Below, piece after piece: positions 9,113-18,829 of a stretch of 64,000 bases of DNA; the stretch's first letter is position 1, and each line of letters begins with the position of its first letter. The DNA lies in assembly GCA_965203805.1 (NCBI GenBank), contig OZ241917.1:5632001-5696000 (forward strand), given 5' to 3'. Origin of the DNA: Candidatus Latescibacterota bacterium (GTDB lineage: Bacteria > Latescibacterota > UBA2968 > GCA-2709665). A program made the position numbers and the translations under genes. The notes below the pieces were generated by a model that had not been told where the DNA came from, ran no database searches, and worked only from the letters and a program-made list of their open reading frames with translations.

Positions 9113-10171
9113 CTAATGTTCCACCACTTCGATATCGTAGAACAGCCCCTTGATACCTTCTGAACAGTTGTTGCAGATGGGCACGGCGGACCGGTCCTTG
9201 AGGATGGCGTTTCTGAAACCGGTATACGCCTCACCGGACCAGGTGTCTTCGAAGTCCGGGTTTTCCAGTGCATTGCCCAGGCCGTAGTGAACGTCTTTGT
9301 CAAAACAGCACGGCGAAACGGCCCCGTCCCAGTTGACGACGGTACTGTACCAGAGGTGCCTGCAGGAATTGGTTATCCTGCCGTTCATCGTCAGCGTGTC
9401 CGTGTCGTAGCGATAGCGGCTGAGAGATTCGTCTTCGGGGAGATATTGTTCCGCTTCGGCGTCCGTATAGACCTGGGCGGTTTTCAGCGACAGCCGGTCC
9501 ACGCCGAGTTCCCGGGCGAGGTTCCGGGCGGCTTCGATCTCGGTTTCGTTGTGTTTGAAGATGATGAATTGCAGGTGAATGACGGGATGGTCCGCGTTCA
9601 GCGTCTTCTTTGCCGCGCTGAGGAGGCGGATTCCGTCCAGGACCCGGTCGAAGTTGCCCCCGACGCGGTACTTGACGTAGGATTCCGCGGTCACCCCGTC
9701 CAGGGAGACCACGATTTCGTCCAGCCCGGAGGAGACGATATCTTCGGCGTCGTCTCGGCTTCGGATGTAGTGGACATTGGTGCTGGTGATGGTGGGTACG
9801 TTGTGGGCTTTGGCCAGCCGGACCATGTCGGTCAGCCGCTTGTTGATGAAGGGCTCGCCCTGGTTCCACAGCATCAGGAGCACGAGGTCTTTCGCCTGCT
9901 CCTCGAAGATTCGCTTGAAGGCTTCGAATTCCATCGTGCCGCGGGGCCTTGTGAGTCCCCCGTTGCCGGATGGGCAGAGCGGACATTTGAGATTGCAGAG
10001 GTTTGTGGGCTCCAGCATCAGGATGAAGGGCCGCCCCATTCGGATATCGCGTCCGGCCAGCCGCGACAGGACGAACGAGAGGACCACCTTGGCGGCGTTC
10101 CAGACGCGTCGGACTGTCAGCGTCCGATGGTATCGCGCAACGGTTCCGGGCAACAGCCTGAGTGAGAGCAT
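9113..10171 (-). CDS. Radical SAM/SPASM domain protein
   Basis: CNLKCPLC, QGEPF; C-terminal SCRHLW...PCCFD...CNNC. Confidence 0.92.
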   Translation of the reverse strand: MLSLRLLPGTVARYHRTLTVRRVWNAAKVVLSFVLSRLAGRDIRMGRPFILMLEPTNLCNLKCPLCPSGNGGLTRPRGTMEFEAFKRIFEEQAKDLVLLMLWNQGEPFINKRLTDMVRLAKAHNVPTITSTNVHYIRSRDDAEDIVSSGLDEIVVSLDGVTAESYVKYRVGGNFDRVLDGIRLLSAAKKTLNADHPVIHLQFIIFKHNETEIEAARNLARELGVDRLSLKTAQVYTDAEAEQYLPEDESLSRYRYDTDTLTMNGRITNSCRHLWYSTVVNWDGAVSPCCFDKDVHYGLGNALENPDFEDTWSGEAYTGFRNAILKDRSAVPICNNCSEGIKGLFYDIEVVEH

Positions 10172-10173
10172 AC

Positions 10174-11274
10174 CTATTTCCAGCGGGAGCGCGCCAGTGC
10201 GCCGGCGGCGCAGATGACGACGACGTACGGTACGGATATCAGTTCAAGGAGCGGAAACAACCGGAGGATTCTCCGCGCATTGAAACGGCGGGCGGCGCCG
10301 GACAGCAGCAGCCAGTCGGCGAGTATTTTTGCCGCGCCAATCATACCGAAGGGGAATCGGAGCGCGGGATGCAGCCAGGCGAGGAAAGGCGCCGCGGCGA
10401 GGACCACGTGGAATATATAGAGAGTCAACGCGACAGGCAAGACCGAAAATCCGTAATGGACCGCTTTTGACTGGTAGCGGACCTGGCGGCGGTACAGGCC
10501 GTCCGTATGCGGGGATGAACGCACGCATGCGTCCGGGTTGAATCGGATGCGCCAGGCCGTTTTCGAGGCGATGCGCCGCATCAGCAGGACGTCGTCTCCA
10601 CCGCGGATATGACCGATGGGATCGAATCCTCCCGCATCGTGGAAGGCCGACCTGCGATAGGCGAGATTCCGTCCGGTACACGTCAGAGGAAAACCCAGAC
10701 CGATGCTGCCGGCCGCCAGGGTGGACACCACCAGTCCCTGCAGGGCAAGCAGGCCGGACAGGGCCCCGCGCTTCGGGATCAGGGGCGCATATCCCGCGAC
10801 CATGCCGACGTCGGGATCGAAAGCGCGCACCGTGGAAGCGATCCAGTCGGATGAAGGGATGCAGTCGGCGTCCGTTGTGAGGATGATTTCCCCGGCGCCG
10901 GCGCGGATGCCGGCGTCCAGGGCATTTTTCTTCGAGCAGGCGTGCGGGCCGCCGGTCGCCTGTACCACCTTGAGGCCGGGAATGCGGTCGGTCCACGCCA
11001 TCGCGATGCGCGCGGTGTCATCCGTGGAATGGTCGTCGACGACGATGACCAGGGTGCGTTCTGGAGGATAGGTCTGTTCGGCGAGGGCCGAGAGGCACCC
11101 GTCGATACGATGGGCTTCGTTGCGGGCGGGAATGACAACCGTGACGTCGGGGGTATCGGCGTTGCTGCCGGCCGACAGGCGACTCAGACCTCTATGGATC
11201 GCGCCCGCGACGACGACGTAGACCAGGCAGAGGAGAGATGAGACGAATGCCAGCGCTTCCATCGGAGCCGTCAC
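10174..11274 (-). CDS. Glycosyltransferase family 2, membrane-bound
   Basis: VVIPARNE, DDHSTD, TDADC, GGDDV, RQVRY. Confidence 0.9.
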   Translation of the reverse strand: MTAPMEALAFVSSLLCLVYVVVAGAIHRGLSRLSAGSNADTPDVTVVIPARNEAHRIDGCLSALAEQTYPPERTLVIVVDDHSTDDTARIAMAWTDRIPGLKVVQATGGPHACSKKNALDAGIRAGAGEIILTTDADCIPSSDWIASTVRAFDPDVGMVAGYAPLIPKRGALSGLLALQGLVVSTLAAGSIGLGFPLTCTGRNLAYRRSAFHDAGGFDPIGHIRGGDDVLLMRRIASKTAWRIRFNPDACVRSSPHTDGLYRRQVRYQSKAVHYGFSVLPVALTLYIFHVVLAAAPFLAWLHPALRFPFGMIGAAKILADWLLLSGAARRFNARRILRLFPLLELISVPYVVVICAAGALARSRWK

Positions 11275-12452
11275 GTGTCACCGGGGCGGTCGGCATCATC
11301 GATGCACTGCCGGATCCAGGCCAGGTTGGCTTCCGGCATAATGCCGTAATTGTAGAACGAAAACCGGCGGATGCCCAGGCCCAGTGCGCGTTCGACGCCA
11401 GCGCTGAGTGTGCGGGCGTCCGGAGACGCGGGAGGATATGCCTGCAGACCCACGACGAGTTGCTGCGGGTTCTTCAGGTCGGGCACGATTTCGGAAATCG
11501 CCCCTTGAATCCGTTCGGTGTCCGGTGTGTACGCGAGGGTTTCCGCATAGTCCGCGATGTTCGCCAGGCGCGAGCGGTCGATTGCCGCGTGAAACCGGTC
11601 GCCCATGAAGATGAATGAGACAGGGACCCCGGCGGCGGCTTTTACCTCTTCCAGCAGGCTCGCGACCACCTCGTCGCGCATCCGGACGAACGGCTCGAGT
11701 TGCGGAATCGAGGCGATGAGTTCCTCGCGGGACCCGGCGGGCGGGATGCCGGAAGCCAGGGTCCGGCGCAGCCTGGATTCCACGGCCCGCGAAAGGGCGT
11801 CGGGGTCCAGGCCGTTCTCTTTCGCCCTCGAACGACAGGCGTCGCAGAAGCAAAGGGAGAGGAGAAATCGCCCTCCGGGCCCGAGGTCGACGCCGTGTTT
11901 GACGTGATAATGCGTGTGTCCGAACCCGCCGTAGGAGAGGGATTCGCATTCCAAAAGGGCGATTCCGTAGTTTTCGGCGAGGTCCCGGGCCAGTGCCGCG
12001 GCGAACGCGCGGACCCCCGGGTTGGCCGGGCAGAGCCAGGAGGTGCTGACGTCGCCGGTACAGGTGACTTCAGCGCATTCAGGATGGCGCCCGGCCTGGT
12101 ACGAGTTGTGAAGAAATACCGTCCACGCGATAAGTTCCAGTCCGGCGCCTGCCGCGGCCCCGGCGGCGTCCGCGTACCAGTTCTCGCCGCCCATGAGCGG
12201 GCTGACGTGAGGTTGTATGGGTGTGTCGGCATACAGGCCCGCGCCGGGCTGAAAATAGACGGCGGCCTGGGGGATCTGGAGCAGCACCTGCGTCGGCGAA
12301 TGCGGGCGCAACATCTCGAAGGTGTGGTACGCCGAAGCCAGGCTGATGGCATCCAGGCCGACTTCGTCCCGGAGCCGGGTTGCGACGGCTTCGGGCCCGC
12401 CGTCGGCGAGGTCCCACGGGTAGGACCAGAGCGTGGTGTGCAGGTCGGACAA
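11271..12452 (-). CDS. Hypothetical protein, possible glycoside hydrolase-like TIM barrel
   Basis: Long ORF whose stop overlaps the next start; YPWDL, LCPANP, LCFCDAC, FYNYG. Confidence 0.7.
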   Translation of the reverse strand: MSDLHTTLWSYPWDLADGGPEAVATRLRDEVGLDAISLASAYHTFEMLRPHSPTQVLLQIPQAAVYFQPGAGLYADTPIQPHVSPLMGGENWYADAAGAAAGAGLELIAWTVFLHNSYQAGRHPECAEVTCTGDVSTSWLCPANPGVRAFAAALARDLAENYGIALLECESLSYGGFGHTHYHVKHGVDLGPGGRFLLSLCFCDACRSRAKENGLDPDALSRAVESRLRRTLASGIPPAGSREELIASIPQLEPFVRMRDEVVASLLEEVKAAAGVPVSFIFMGDRFHAAIDRSRLANIADYAETLAYTPDTERIQGAISEIVPDLKNPQQLVVGLQAYPPASPDARTLSAGVERALGLGIRRFSFYNYGIMPEANLAWIRQCIDDADRPGDT

Positions 12453-12540
12453 TCAGGTTTCTCCGGATAGGTTGCGTTGGCGCCGGACCGTCGGCCAATC
12501 GCGCTCTTTCCGTCGCGCAGCACATATCACTGCGGCGTTG

Positions 12541-12569
12541 ATGGTACCATCTATTGTTGGGGATTGCAA
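12541..12569 (-). promoter_or_regulatory. Putative sigma70 promoter of the GT2/radical SAM operon
   Basis: Minus strand TTGCAA, 17 nt, TACCAT. Confidence 0.5.
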
Positions 12570-12596
12570 GGGATATCGGGGGTAGTTCACCAGTTC

Positions 12597-12835
12597 GGAC
12601 GACCTACCCCCTTTCCCCCTTCCCGGGGGGACGGGGGAACTGTGATCCCGTCACGGTCTCTCCTGGTTTTCTCCCCCTTTCCCTCCGGGAGAGGGGGCCG
12701 GGGGGAGAGGTCTGCGTGCCGTCTGTGCCTACCACGTGACGGTGCAGACGTCAAGGGGTTTGGCTTTTGATTCAAGCTGACGGCTGATAGCTGACAGCTG
12801 CTCTTTGCTGCATCTACCGTCTACCCTCTCCCCGC
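12597..12835. repeat. Composite intergenic repeat (REP-like hairpins plus shared module)
   Basis: CCCCCTTCCC..GGGGG and CTCCCCTTTCCCTCCGGGAGAGGGGGCCGGGGGGAGAGG hairpins; 12715-12789 matches 7567-7640; GCTGAnn heptamers. Confidence 0.8.
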
Positions 12836-12837
12836 TC

Positions 12838-13980
12838 TTAGATGTATCCCGTCGACCCATCCGGGCGTACGGGCGCGGTGCGTTGCCAGTGGGGGACGTC
12901 TTCATCGGTTAGCGCGTCCTCGTTCACGTCGATACCCAGCCCGGGCCGGTCTCTTAGTTCCAGGTATCCATCCACCGGCAGATAGGGATCCGGGACGTAC
13001 TCCATCCATCTCGAGCCCACCGGGATGACGTATTCCAGGATCTTGAAGTTATGCGTTGCGGCGGCGAAGTGCACGTTGACCGCCGTTGCGATCGGCCCCA
13101 TGGGGTTGTGCGGCGCGATCGTGACGTAATGGGCCTCGGCGATAGCGGCGATCTTCCGCATTTCGAGCAGACCCCCGCATACGCAGACGTCGGGCTGGAT
13201 GATGTCGGCGGCCCTGGCGGCGATGAGATTCAGGAATTCGAACCGCGCGTAGAGACTCTCGCCGGTTGCCAGCGGTACCTGCATCTGGCTGCGCAGCTGT
13301 TCCCAGGCGGGGATGTGTTCCGGCCGAAGGGGCTCTTCGTAAAACAGGGGGTCATACGGCGCGAGCGCGTTGGCGAGCTGCAGGGCTCGGATGGGTTCGA
13401 AGATCTTCGCGTGCGGGTCGAACGCGAATTCCCAGTCGTCGGGGGTACAATCGCGGAGCTCTTCGAAATACGTGGCCGCGGCGTCGCAGACCCGTCCCCA
13501 GCGGTTCGCGTCGGGATTCAACAGGAAGGGGCTGGTCTTGAACGCGGTGAATCCCCATTTGTCGTTCAATCGCTGCGCCCCTTCGGCCGCGACCGCGCCG
13601 GTGGGCCCGCCGCAGCTCTGGTAGACCCTCACGCGGTCGCGCAGATTGCCGCCGAGAAGCATGTATACCGGTACGTTTGCCGCTTTGCCGCTGATATCCC
13701 ACAGTGCGTGTTCGATGCCGGAGATCGCGGCCAGGCCGGTACCGCCCGGGGGAAAGCGGAACTGCTGATGGGTCTTCATCATCAGGTATTCGATACGGCG
13801 GGGGTCTTCGCCCACGAACCACGTGGCGATATAGTTTACGATGGGCTCGACGGAGAGGTCCGGCCCGATGGAATAGGCTTCGCCCCATCCGTAAATTCCC
13901 TCGTCGGTTTCCACCTTGATAAGGGCCCTGGGACGGTTGCTGTAGGTGACGAGAAAGGTCTTTATCGCGGTGATTTTCAT
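12838..13980 (-). CDS. Mandelate racemase/galactonate dehydratase-like enolase superfamily protein
   Basis: MKITAIKTF, ETDEGIYGWGE, IEHALWDI, EEP, ATGE, QPD, APHN. Confidence 0.9.
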   Translation of the reverse strand: MKITAIKTFLVTYSNRPRALIKVETDEGIYGWGEAYSIGPDLSVEPIVNYIATWFVGEDPRRIEYLMMKTHQQFRFPPGGTGLAAISGIEHALWDISGKAANVPVYMLLGGNLRDRVRVYQSCGGPTGAVAAEGAQRLNDKWGFTAFKTSPFLLNPDANRWGRVCDAAATYFEELRDCTPDDWEFAFDPHAKIFEPIRALQLANALAPYDPLFYEEPLRPEHIPAWEQLRSQMQVPLATGESLYARFEFLNLIAARAADIIQPDVCVCGGLLEMRKIAAIAEAHYVTIAPHNPMGPIATAVNVHFAAATHNFKILEYVIPVGSRWMEYVPDPYLPVDGYLELRDRPGLGIDVNEDALTDEDVPHWQRTAPVRPDGSTGYI

Positions 13981-14237
13981 GGTGGAAGCTCTCCTTTGGT
14001 TGGGGATTCGGACGTTGGGCTTGATTCGGGATTGTACAGGAAGAGGTCGCCGGGCGTACAATCAAGCGCCTGGCAGAGCGTTTCGATGGTGGCCAGATCG
14101 ATCCGCTTTGCCCGGTTATTGAAAATGGCGGAGACGGTGTTGGCCTGAAGACCCGTCAGCCCGGCGATTTCCGAGATCCTGTACGGACGGTCCGGCCCTT
14201 TTTCAGCCATGAGGATATGGAGTTGGAATTTCAGCAT
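13977..14237 (-). CDS. Cro/C1-type (XRE) HTH transcriptional regulator
   Basis: ISEIAGLTGLQANTVSAIFNN...LATIETLCQALDCTPGDLF; ATGA overlap with the dehydratase. Confidence 0.85.
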   Translation of the reverse strand: MLKFQLHILMAEKGPDRPYRISEIAGLTGLQANTVSAIFNNRAKRIDLATIETLCQALDCTPGDLFLYNPESSPTSESPTKGELPP

Positions 14238-14511
14238 ACGACGAGTCTGCGTTCCGGTTTTCGGGGTGACAGGCAGCGGCAATGATCCGCTGGAAAAATG
14301 TAATACAGATGGTTAAAAATATAAAATATAATTATTTTCACGTAATTAGTTAATTGTTTTTGAGAGAAGTCAATCTATCGACCAATGTGGCGTCGATGAA
14401 GCTGGAAGGCTCGACCGCGTGACAGAAAGGGTCCGACAAAATGCCTTCGCCGGCATCTGTCGCACGGAGTTTCCTGAATCCGGCGTGTCTCTCCTGCGCT
14501 TTCAAGGTTTC

Positions 14512-15012
14512 TCAGTCGGTGATGGTGAGCGAGATGCCCGCCTTCGCGCCGAATTTATCCTCCGTCGCGTCGCCCACGCCCCGGTCCATGGTCGTTTCGG
14601 CGAATAGGCGCAACGGCCCCAGCCATTTGATGTTCAGCCCCGCCACGGCGGAAACGAGCACTTTCGTGGACGATCCGTCGATCAGTTCGGCTTCCGATTC
14701 CTTTTTTGTATAAATCACGCCGCTGCCGACGCCGGCGTAGACGCGCAACGAGCCCCCCAATGAGAATTTGTAGAGTCCACGGATGGACAAGGGCACCGTG
14801 ATATTGCCGTCTTTCGTGTAGTATTCGCCGGCCAGCATGATCCCGGCGGGTTTGCTGCCGAACGGCATGATTACGGATCCGTGCCAACCGGGTTCCTTCT
14901 CTTCGACGTACAGACCGCCCCCGGCGCGGAAGGCAATCTGTGCGTGGGCATTTGTAGCGGCCGAACCCAGCAGGCAGAAGACGGCAAATGCCGGGGCGAG
15001 ATATCGGATCAT
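14512..15012 (-). CDS. Exported protein, probable small outer-membrane beta-barrel
   Basis: Signal peptide (AHA-Q); alternating beta strands such as RVYAGVGSG and FGAKAGISL; GAAAGGAG RBS. Confidence 0.7.
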   Translation of the reverse strand: MIRYLAPAFAVFCLLGSAATNAHAQIAFRAGGGLYVEEKEPGWHGSVIMPFGSKPAGIMLAGEYYTKDGNITVPLSIRGLYKFSLGGSLRVYAGVGSGVIYTKKESEAELIDGSSTKVLVSAVAGLNIKWLGPLRLFAETTMDRGVGDATEDKFGAKAGISLTITD

Positions 15013-15061
15013 GAATTCGCTCTCCTTTCGTGATTGAGATGACTGGATCGGGACTCCGCCC

Positions 15062-15424
15062 TCAATACCCGTAGGCGATTCCCAGGCGAACCGCAGCCGC
15101 CCGCAGATTTCCCTCGGAAGTCCACAGCAGCAGGTCCGACAAGCGGGCCGAAGCCATCAGGTGCGCGTCGATATAGCCAACCCCCGCGGCCGACAACCTG
15201 TGGTGATCGATGAAGTGCAGGACCTCCCGCTGGCTGGCCGAAGATGCCTGCGGTAGCGTCTGGATCAGCGCGAGGAATTCCGTTCTGTTGTCCAGCGTCC
15301 CGCAGGCAAGTTCTCCGACGATCAGCGGATGGCTGGCGACCCTGGCTTCACGAAGGAGCGACCTCAGGCGTTTATTCCCTGAGCGAAGGAACGAGACCCA
15401 TATCGGCGTATCGACAAGGACCAT
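15062..15424 (-). CDS. vapC: VapC PIN-domain toxin
   Basis: MVLVDT.IW, GELACG, GYIDAHL, LWT. Confidence 0.9.
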   Translation of the reverse strand: MVLVDTPIWVSFLRSGNKRLRSLLREARVASHPLIVGELACGTLDNRTEFLALIQTLPQASSASQREVLHFIDHHRLSAAGVGYIDAHLMASARLSDLLLWTSEGNLRAAAVRLGIAYGY

Positions 15425-15426
15425 GG

Positions 15427-15624
15427 CTACGGGTTTTCCGGTCGCCGCCTCGGGACCGGCAGCAGGCTCTCCTCAGAGCCCTCGAGTTCCGCGAGGCGTT
15501 TGCTGCTTTCACGGGCGATCAGCGCTTCGAGGCCCAGCCTGACCAGGGCGGTTTTCTGTTTGATTCCGGTTAACGTGGATGCTCGGCTCAGCAGGGTATC
15601 GTCTATATTCAGTGTCGTTCGCAT
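15427..15624 (-). CDS. vapB: VapB antitoxin
   Basis: MRTTLNIDDTLL..A..LTG..KT.LV..GL; directly upstream of vapC. Confidence 0.9.
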   Translation of the reverse strand: MRTTLNIDDTLLSRASTLTGIKQKTALVRLGLEALIARESSKRLAELEGSEESLLPVPRRRPENP

Positions 15625-15631
15625 ATGCTAT

Positions 15632-15660
15632 AATATGTATATATTATACATATAAGTCAA
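15632..15660 (-). promoter_or_regulatory. vapBC promoter with palindromic operator, probably leaderless
   Basis: TTGACT, 17 nt, CATATT, then 7 nt to ATG; inverted repeat TATGTAT-N5-ATACATA overlapping it. Confidence 0.6.
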
Positions 15661-15814
15661 TAGTAATAATATGCATAAAACGAAGTGCCGGAGAATCATG
15701 CAAAAAGCCGATGCCGCACGAGATTTGCTTTAGCGAGTAAACGACGGTATGTTAGGTTCGTCATGAACGGCCAGTATCCATTCTGAGCAGGGCAAAGTAT
15801 CTATAGGTAGAGCG

Positions 15815-17647
15815 ATGCCCGAATTCTTGAATGCCATCCGCCAGATCGTGAAGGTTTACCCCAGGTGTCTGAAGCTCGTCTGGCAGGCAGGACGATGGGT
15901 TGCAATCCGGGCGTTCGGCTTGAGCATTCTCAACTCGATGGTTCCCGTTGCGCAGGTTTGGATTTCGAAGGTGGCTGTCGACACCGTCGTGGATTCCCTG
16001 GGCGACAATTCGGGTACCCATGCCATCGACTGGCTCGAATTATTGTCGCCGATCGGCGCCATTCTCGCAGTCTGGATGGCTGGGGGAGTCTGCCAGTCCG
16101 CATCGCGAATGTTGTCGGAGCAATTGGGCCAGCAGGTCAGGAACTACTCCCAGTCGCTGATTTTTCGGAAGGCATCCGAACTTGATATGGCATTCTTCGA
16201 AAACCCCGAGTTCTTCGACGAAATGGAGAAAGCGAGGGGTGAAGGCTACCGTGCGAACAACCTGGCTGTCTTGTCCGTGAGCATCGTATCGTCATCCGTT
16301 TCTACGATCGCGATGCTGGCCCTGCTGTTGCATTTGCATTGGGCCGCGGTGCTGATTCTTGTCGCGACCACCCTGCCACAGGTGGTTGTGGCGGGCTATT
16401 TTGCCGGCAGGAGGTTTGCGCTGGAGGGTGCGGTCACCAGGAACCGGAGAATCAGTGATTACCTCTCGCGGCTATTGGGATCCCGTGAAGCGGTGAAAGA
16501 GATCCGGATCTTCGGCCTGCACGAGGAATTGTTGAGACGCTTCACCGGATACTGGAACACCTACGTCAAGCAATCGACCCGGCTGAAGTTCCGCCAGGAG
16601 AAACTCGGGTTCCTGTTCGGAGCGCTCTCGATGGCGGGCACGGCGGCGATATGGGGATTTGCTGTGGTGAGGGCGGCAGGCAAACAGATCACGGTGGGCG
16701 ACGTAGCGCTTGCCTTCCAGGCGGCTGAACGGAGCCGGTCGGGCCTGATGTCTCTGTTCTCGGATCTGGGATATTTCTACGAGCATACGATATTCGCTAG
16801 CATTCTCTTCAAGTTTCTGGATCTCGAGCGGTCGTCGGTTGAAGGAGCGCTCGCACCGATACCGGATTCGCCCGCACCCGTGCCGAAGAGAATCGATAAG
16901 GGGTTCGAATTTCGCAACGTATCGTTCCGTTACCCGGGTTCAGATCGTTTTATTCTGAAGAATCTCTCATTCACGATAAGGGCGGGTGAGTCCGCTGCCA
17001 TCGTGGGAGAAAATGGCGCAGGTAAGACGACGCTTGTGAAGCTCCTTGCCAGGTTCTATGATCCGACTGAAGGCGTCATCTTGCTGGACGGAAAGGATCT
17101 TCGCGATCACGACCCGAAAGATCTTCACAGGCATATCGGCGTCATTTTCCAGGACTATGTCCGATACGACCTTTCGGCGCGGGAAAACATCAGCTTCGGC
17201 CAGGTTGATCGAATGGAAAATGAGGAGGAAATCGCTGAAGCGGCCCGGAAGGGCGGCGCCACAGACGTTGTAGGAAGACTCCCGAGAGGAATGGACACGA
17301 TGCTTGGCAGGACGCTGGACGAAGGCGTAGATCTCTCCGGCGGGGAGTGGCAGAAAGTGGCGCTGAGCCGGGCGTTCATGCGCCGGGCTCAGATATTGAT
17401 CCTGGACGAGCCGACCGCAGCCCTGGATGCCTATGCCGAGTACGAGTTGCACCGGCAGTTCGCGGAACTGACAACCGGAAAGATGACGATTTTCATCTCC
17501 CATCGGTTTTCGACAGTGCGCATGGCCCGGCACATCCTCATTTTGTGTGACGGACAGCTGACCGAGGAGGGTTCACACGAGGAGTTGATGGCTATGGGTG
17601 GTTTGTACGCCGACATGTTCAACACTCAGGCGGAACACTACAGGTGA
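15815..17647 (+). CDS. ABC exporter, fused permease/ATPase
   Basis: TM N-domain; GENGAGKT, LSGGEWQK, LDEPT, ISHR. Confidence 0.92.
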   Translation: MPEFLNAIRQIVKVYPRCLKLVWQAGRWVAIRAFGLSILNSMVPVAQVWISKVAVDTVVDSLGDNSGTHAIDWLELLSPIGAILAVWMAGGVCQSASRMLSEQLGQQVRNYSQSLIFRKASELDMAFFENPEFFDEMEKARGEGYRANNLAVLSVSIVSSSVSTIAMLALLLHLHWAAVLILVATTLPQVVVAGYFAGRRFALEGAVTRNRRISDYLSRLLGSREAVKEIRIFGLHEELLRRFTGYWNTYVKQSTRLKFRQEKLGFLFGALSMAGTAAIWGFAVVRAAGKQITVGDVALAFQAAERSRSGLMSLFSDLGYFYEHTIFASILFKFLDLERSSVEGALAPIPDSPAPVPKRIDKGFEFRNVSFRYPGSDRFILKNLSFTIRAGESAAIVGENGAGKTTLVKLLARFYDPTEGVILLDGKDLRDHDPKDLHRHIGVIFQDYVRYDLSARENISFGQVDRMENEEEIAEAARKGGATDVVGRLPRGMDTMLGRTLDEGVDLSGGEWQKVALSRAFMRRAQILILDEPTAALDAYAEYELHRQFAELTTGKMTIFISHRFSTVRMARHILILCDGQLTEEGSHEELMAMGGLYADMFNTQAEHYR

Positions 17648-17679
17648 GGGTTTCACCCCGTGGCCCAGTGATTTCGCGG

Positions 17680-17742
17680 CGCTGACGTCAACGGGTTGGT
17701 TTTGACTCAAGCTAACGGCTGACTGCTGACCGCTGATCGCTG
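17680..17742. repeat. Degenerate copy of the shared module plus GCTGAnn heptamers
   Basis: GACGTCAACGGGTTGGTTTTTGACTCAAGCT...GCTGACT GCTGACC GCTGATC. Confidence 0.7.
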
Positions 17743-17783
17743 CCTCTCGACGGCCGGGGGGAGCGGTGGCCCGGGGGCAATCC

Positions 17784-18221
17784 ATGTCCGAAAAATTCAA
17801 ACTGATTCCTGAAGCGCACGTTTTTCTGATGAACGGGCGTGACGAAGTGTTGCTGTTGAGACGCTTCAATACGGGATACGAGGACGGGAAGTACAGCGTG
17901 ATCGCGGGGCATATCGACGGGAACGAGGAGGTCCGGGCGGCGGCAATCCGGGAAGCGCGGGAGGAGGCGGGAATCGACATCCGGCTATCGGACATCGAGG
18001 TCGTGGGCGTCATGCACCGTAAGGGTGATGGCGAACGGGTTTCGTTCTTTCTTACCGCCTTCAGGTGGCGCGGCAACGTTGTGAACGCCGAGCCCGATCT
18101 GTGTGACGACCTGTCATGGCATTCGGTCCGCAATCTCCCCGACAATATGGTGCCGTACGTCAGGCAGGGCCTCGAAAACTATCTCAACGGTCGATTCTAC
18201 GACAGTTTCGGGTGGGATTGA
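17784..18221 (+). CDS. NUDIX hydrolase
   Basis: Nudix box GHIDGNEEVRAAAIREAREEAGI. Confidence 0.9.
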   Translation: MSEKFKLIPEAHVFLMNGRDEVLLLRRFNTGYEDGKYSVIAGHIDGNEEVRAAAIREAREEAGIDIRLSDIEVVGVMHRKGDGERVSFFLTAFRWRGNVVNAEPDLCDDLSWHSVRNLPDNMVPYVRQGLENYLNGRFYDSFGWD

Positions 18222-18259
18222 ACATTGAGAAGCCGCGCAAGGCACGAGAGAGGACATCA

Positions 18260-18715
18260 ATGACCATAGAAGACAGGACAATCGAACTCACCGTCCCGAT
18301 ACCCCCTCAATTAAGAGTCCTTCTGGTTATACTTGGCATCGTTCACGTCATCGGCGGCGCTCTCTTTCTCAGCACCGGACACGGCTTCTTCGGGATCCTG
18401 AATCTGGTCCTCGGTCCGTCGTGGCTGTCGTGGGGCCTGTTCTACGACCGGATCAACAGGCATGCCGTCGAGATTCATGAGGGGCACCTGAGCATCACCA
18501 GGGGCCTCTTCAGGAGCCGCAGAATACCGTGGGAGTCGATTTCGGGAATCCACTTTGAGTCGTGGAGGATGGACATTCGGGTTGCCCGAGGAAAGGCCGC
18601 CACAGTGAATTTCCGAGAAATCAGCTCTGGCACGAGCCGGCTGATACGAGACGAGATCGTCACCAAACTCAGACCCGTTGCCGAGGCCAGAGGGGTGTCC
18701 ATAGAGGGCGTTTAG
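18260..18715 (+). CDS. Hypothetical membrane protein (2 TM plus possible PH-like domain)
   Basis: GAGAGGA RBS; two hydrophobic segments; RRIPWESI. Confidence 0.7.
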   Translation: MTIEDRTIELTVPIPPQLRVLLVILGIVHVIGGALFLSTGHGFFGILNLVLGPSWLSWGLFYDRINRHAVEIHEGHLSITRGLFRSRRIPWESISGIHFESWRMDIRVARGKAATVNFREISSGTSRLIRDEIVTKLRPVAEARGVSIEGV

Positions 18716-18829
18716 CCAACCTGGCACATCGATCATCGTTCATGCAAATCGCAGATGGGTGGCGTCCACTGAAGAAGCGTCTGGCGGGGCGCCGAGACGT
18801 ACAAGAAATTCTCGGGTACAGGACTGACT

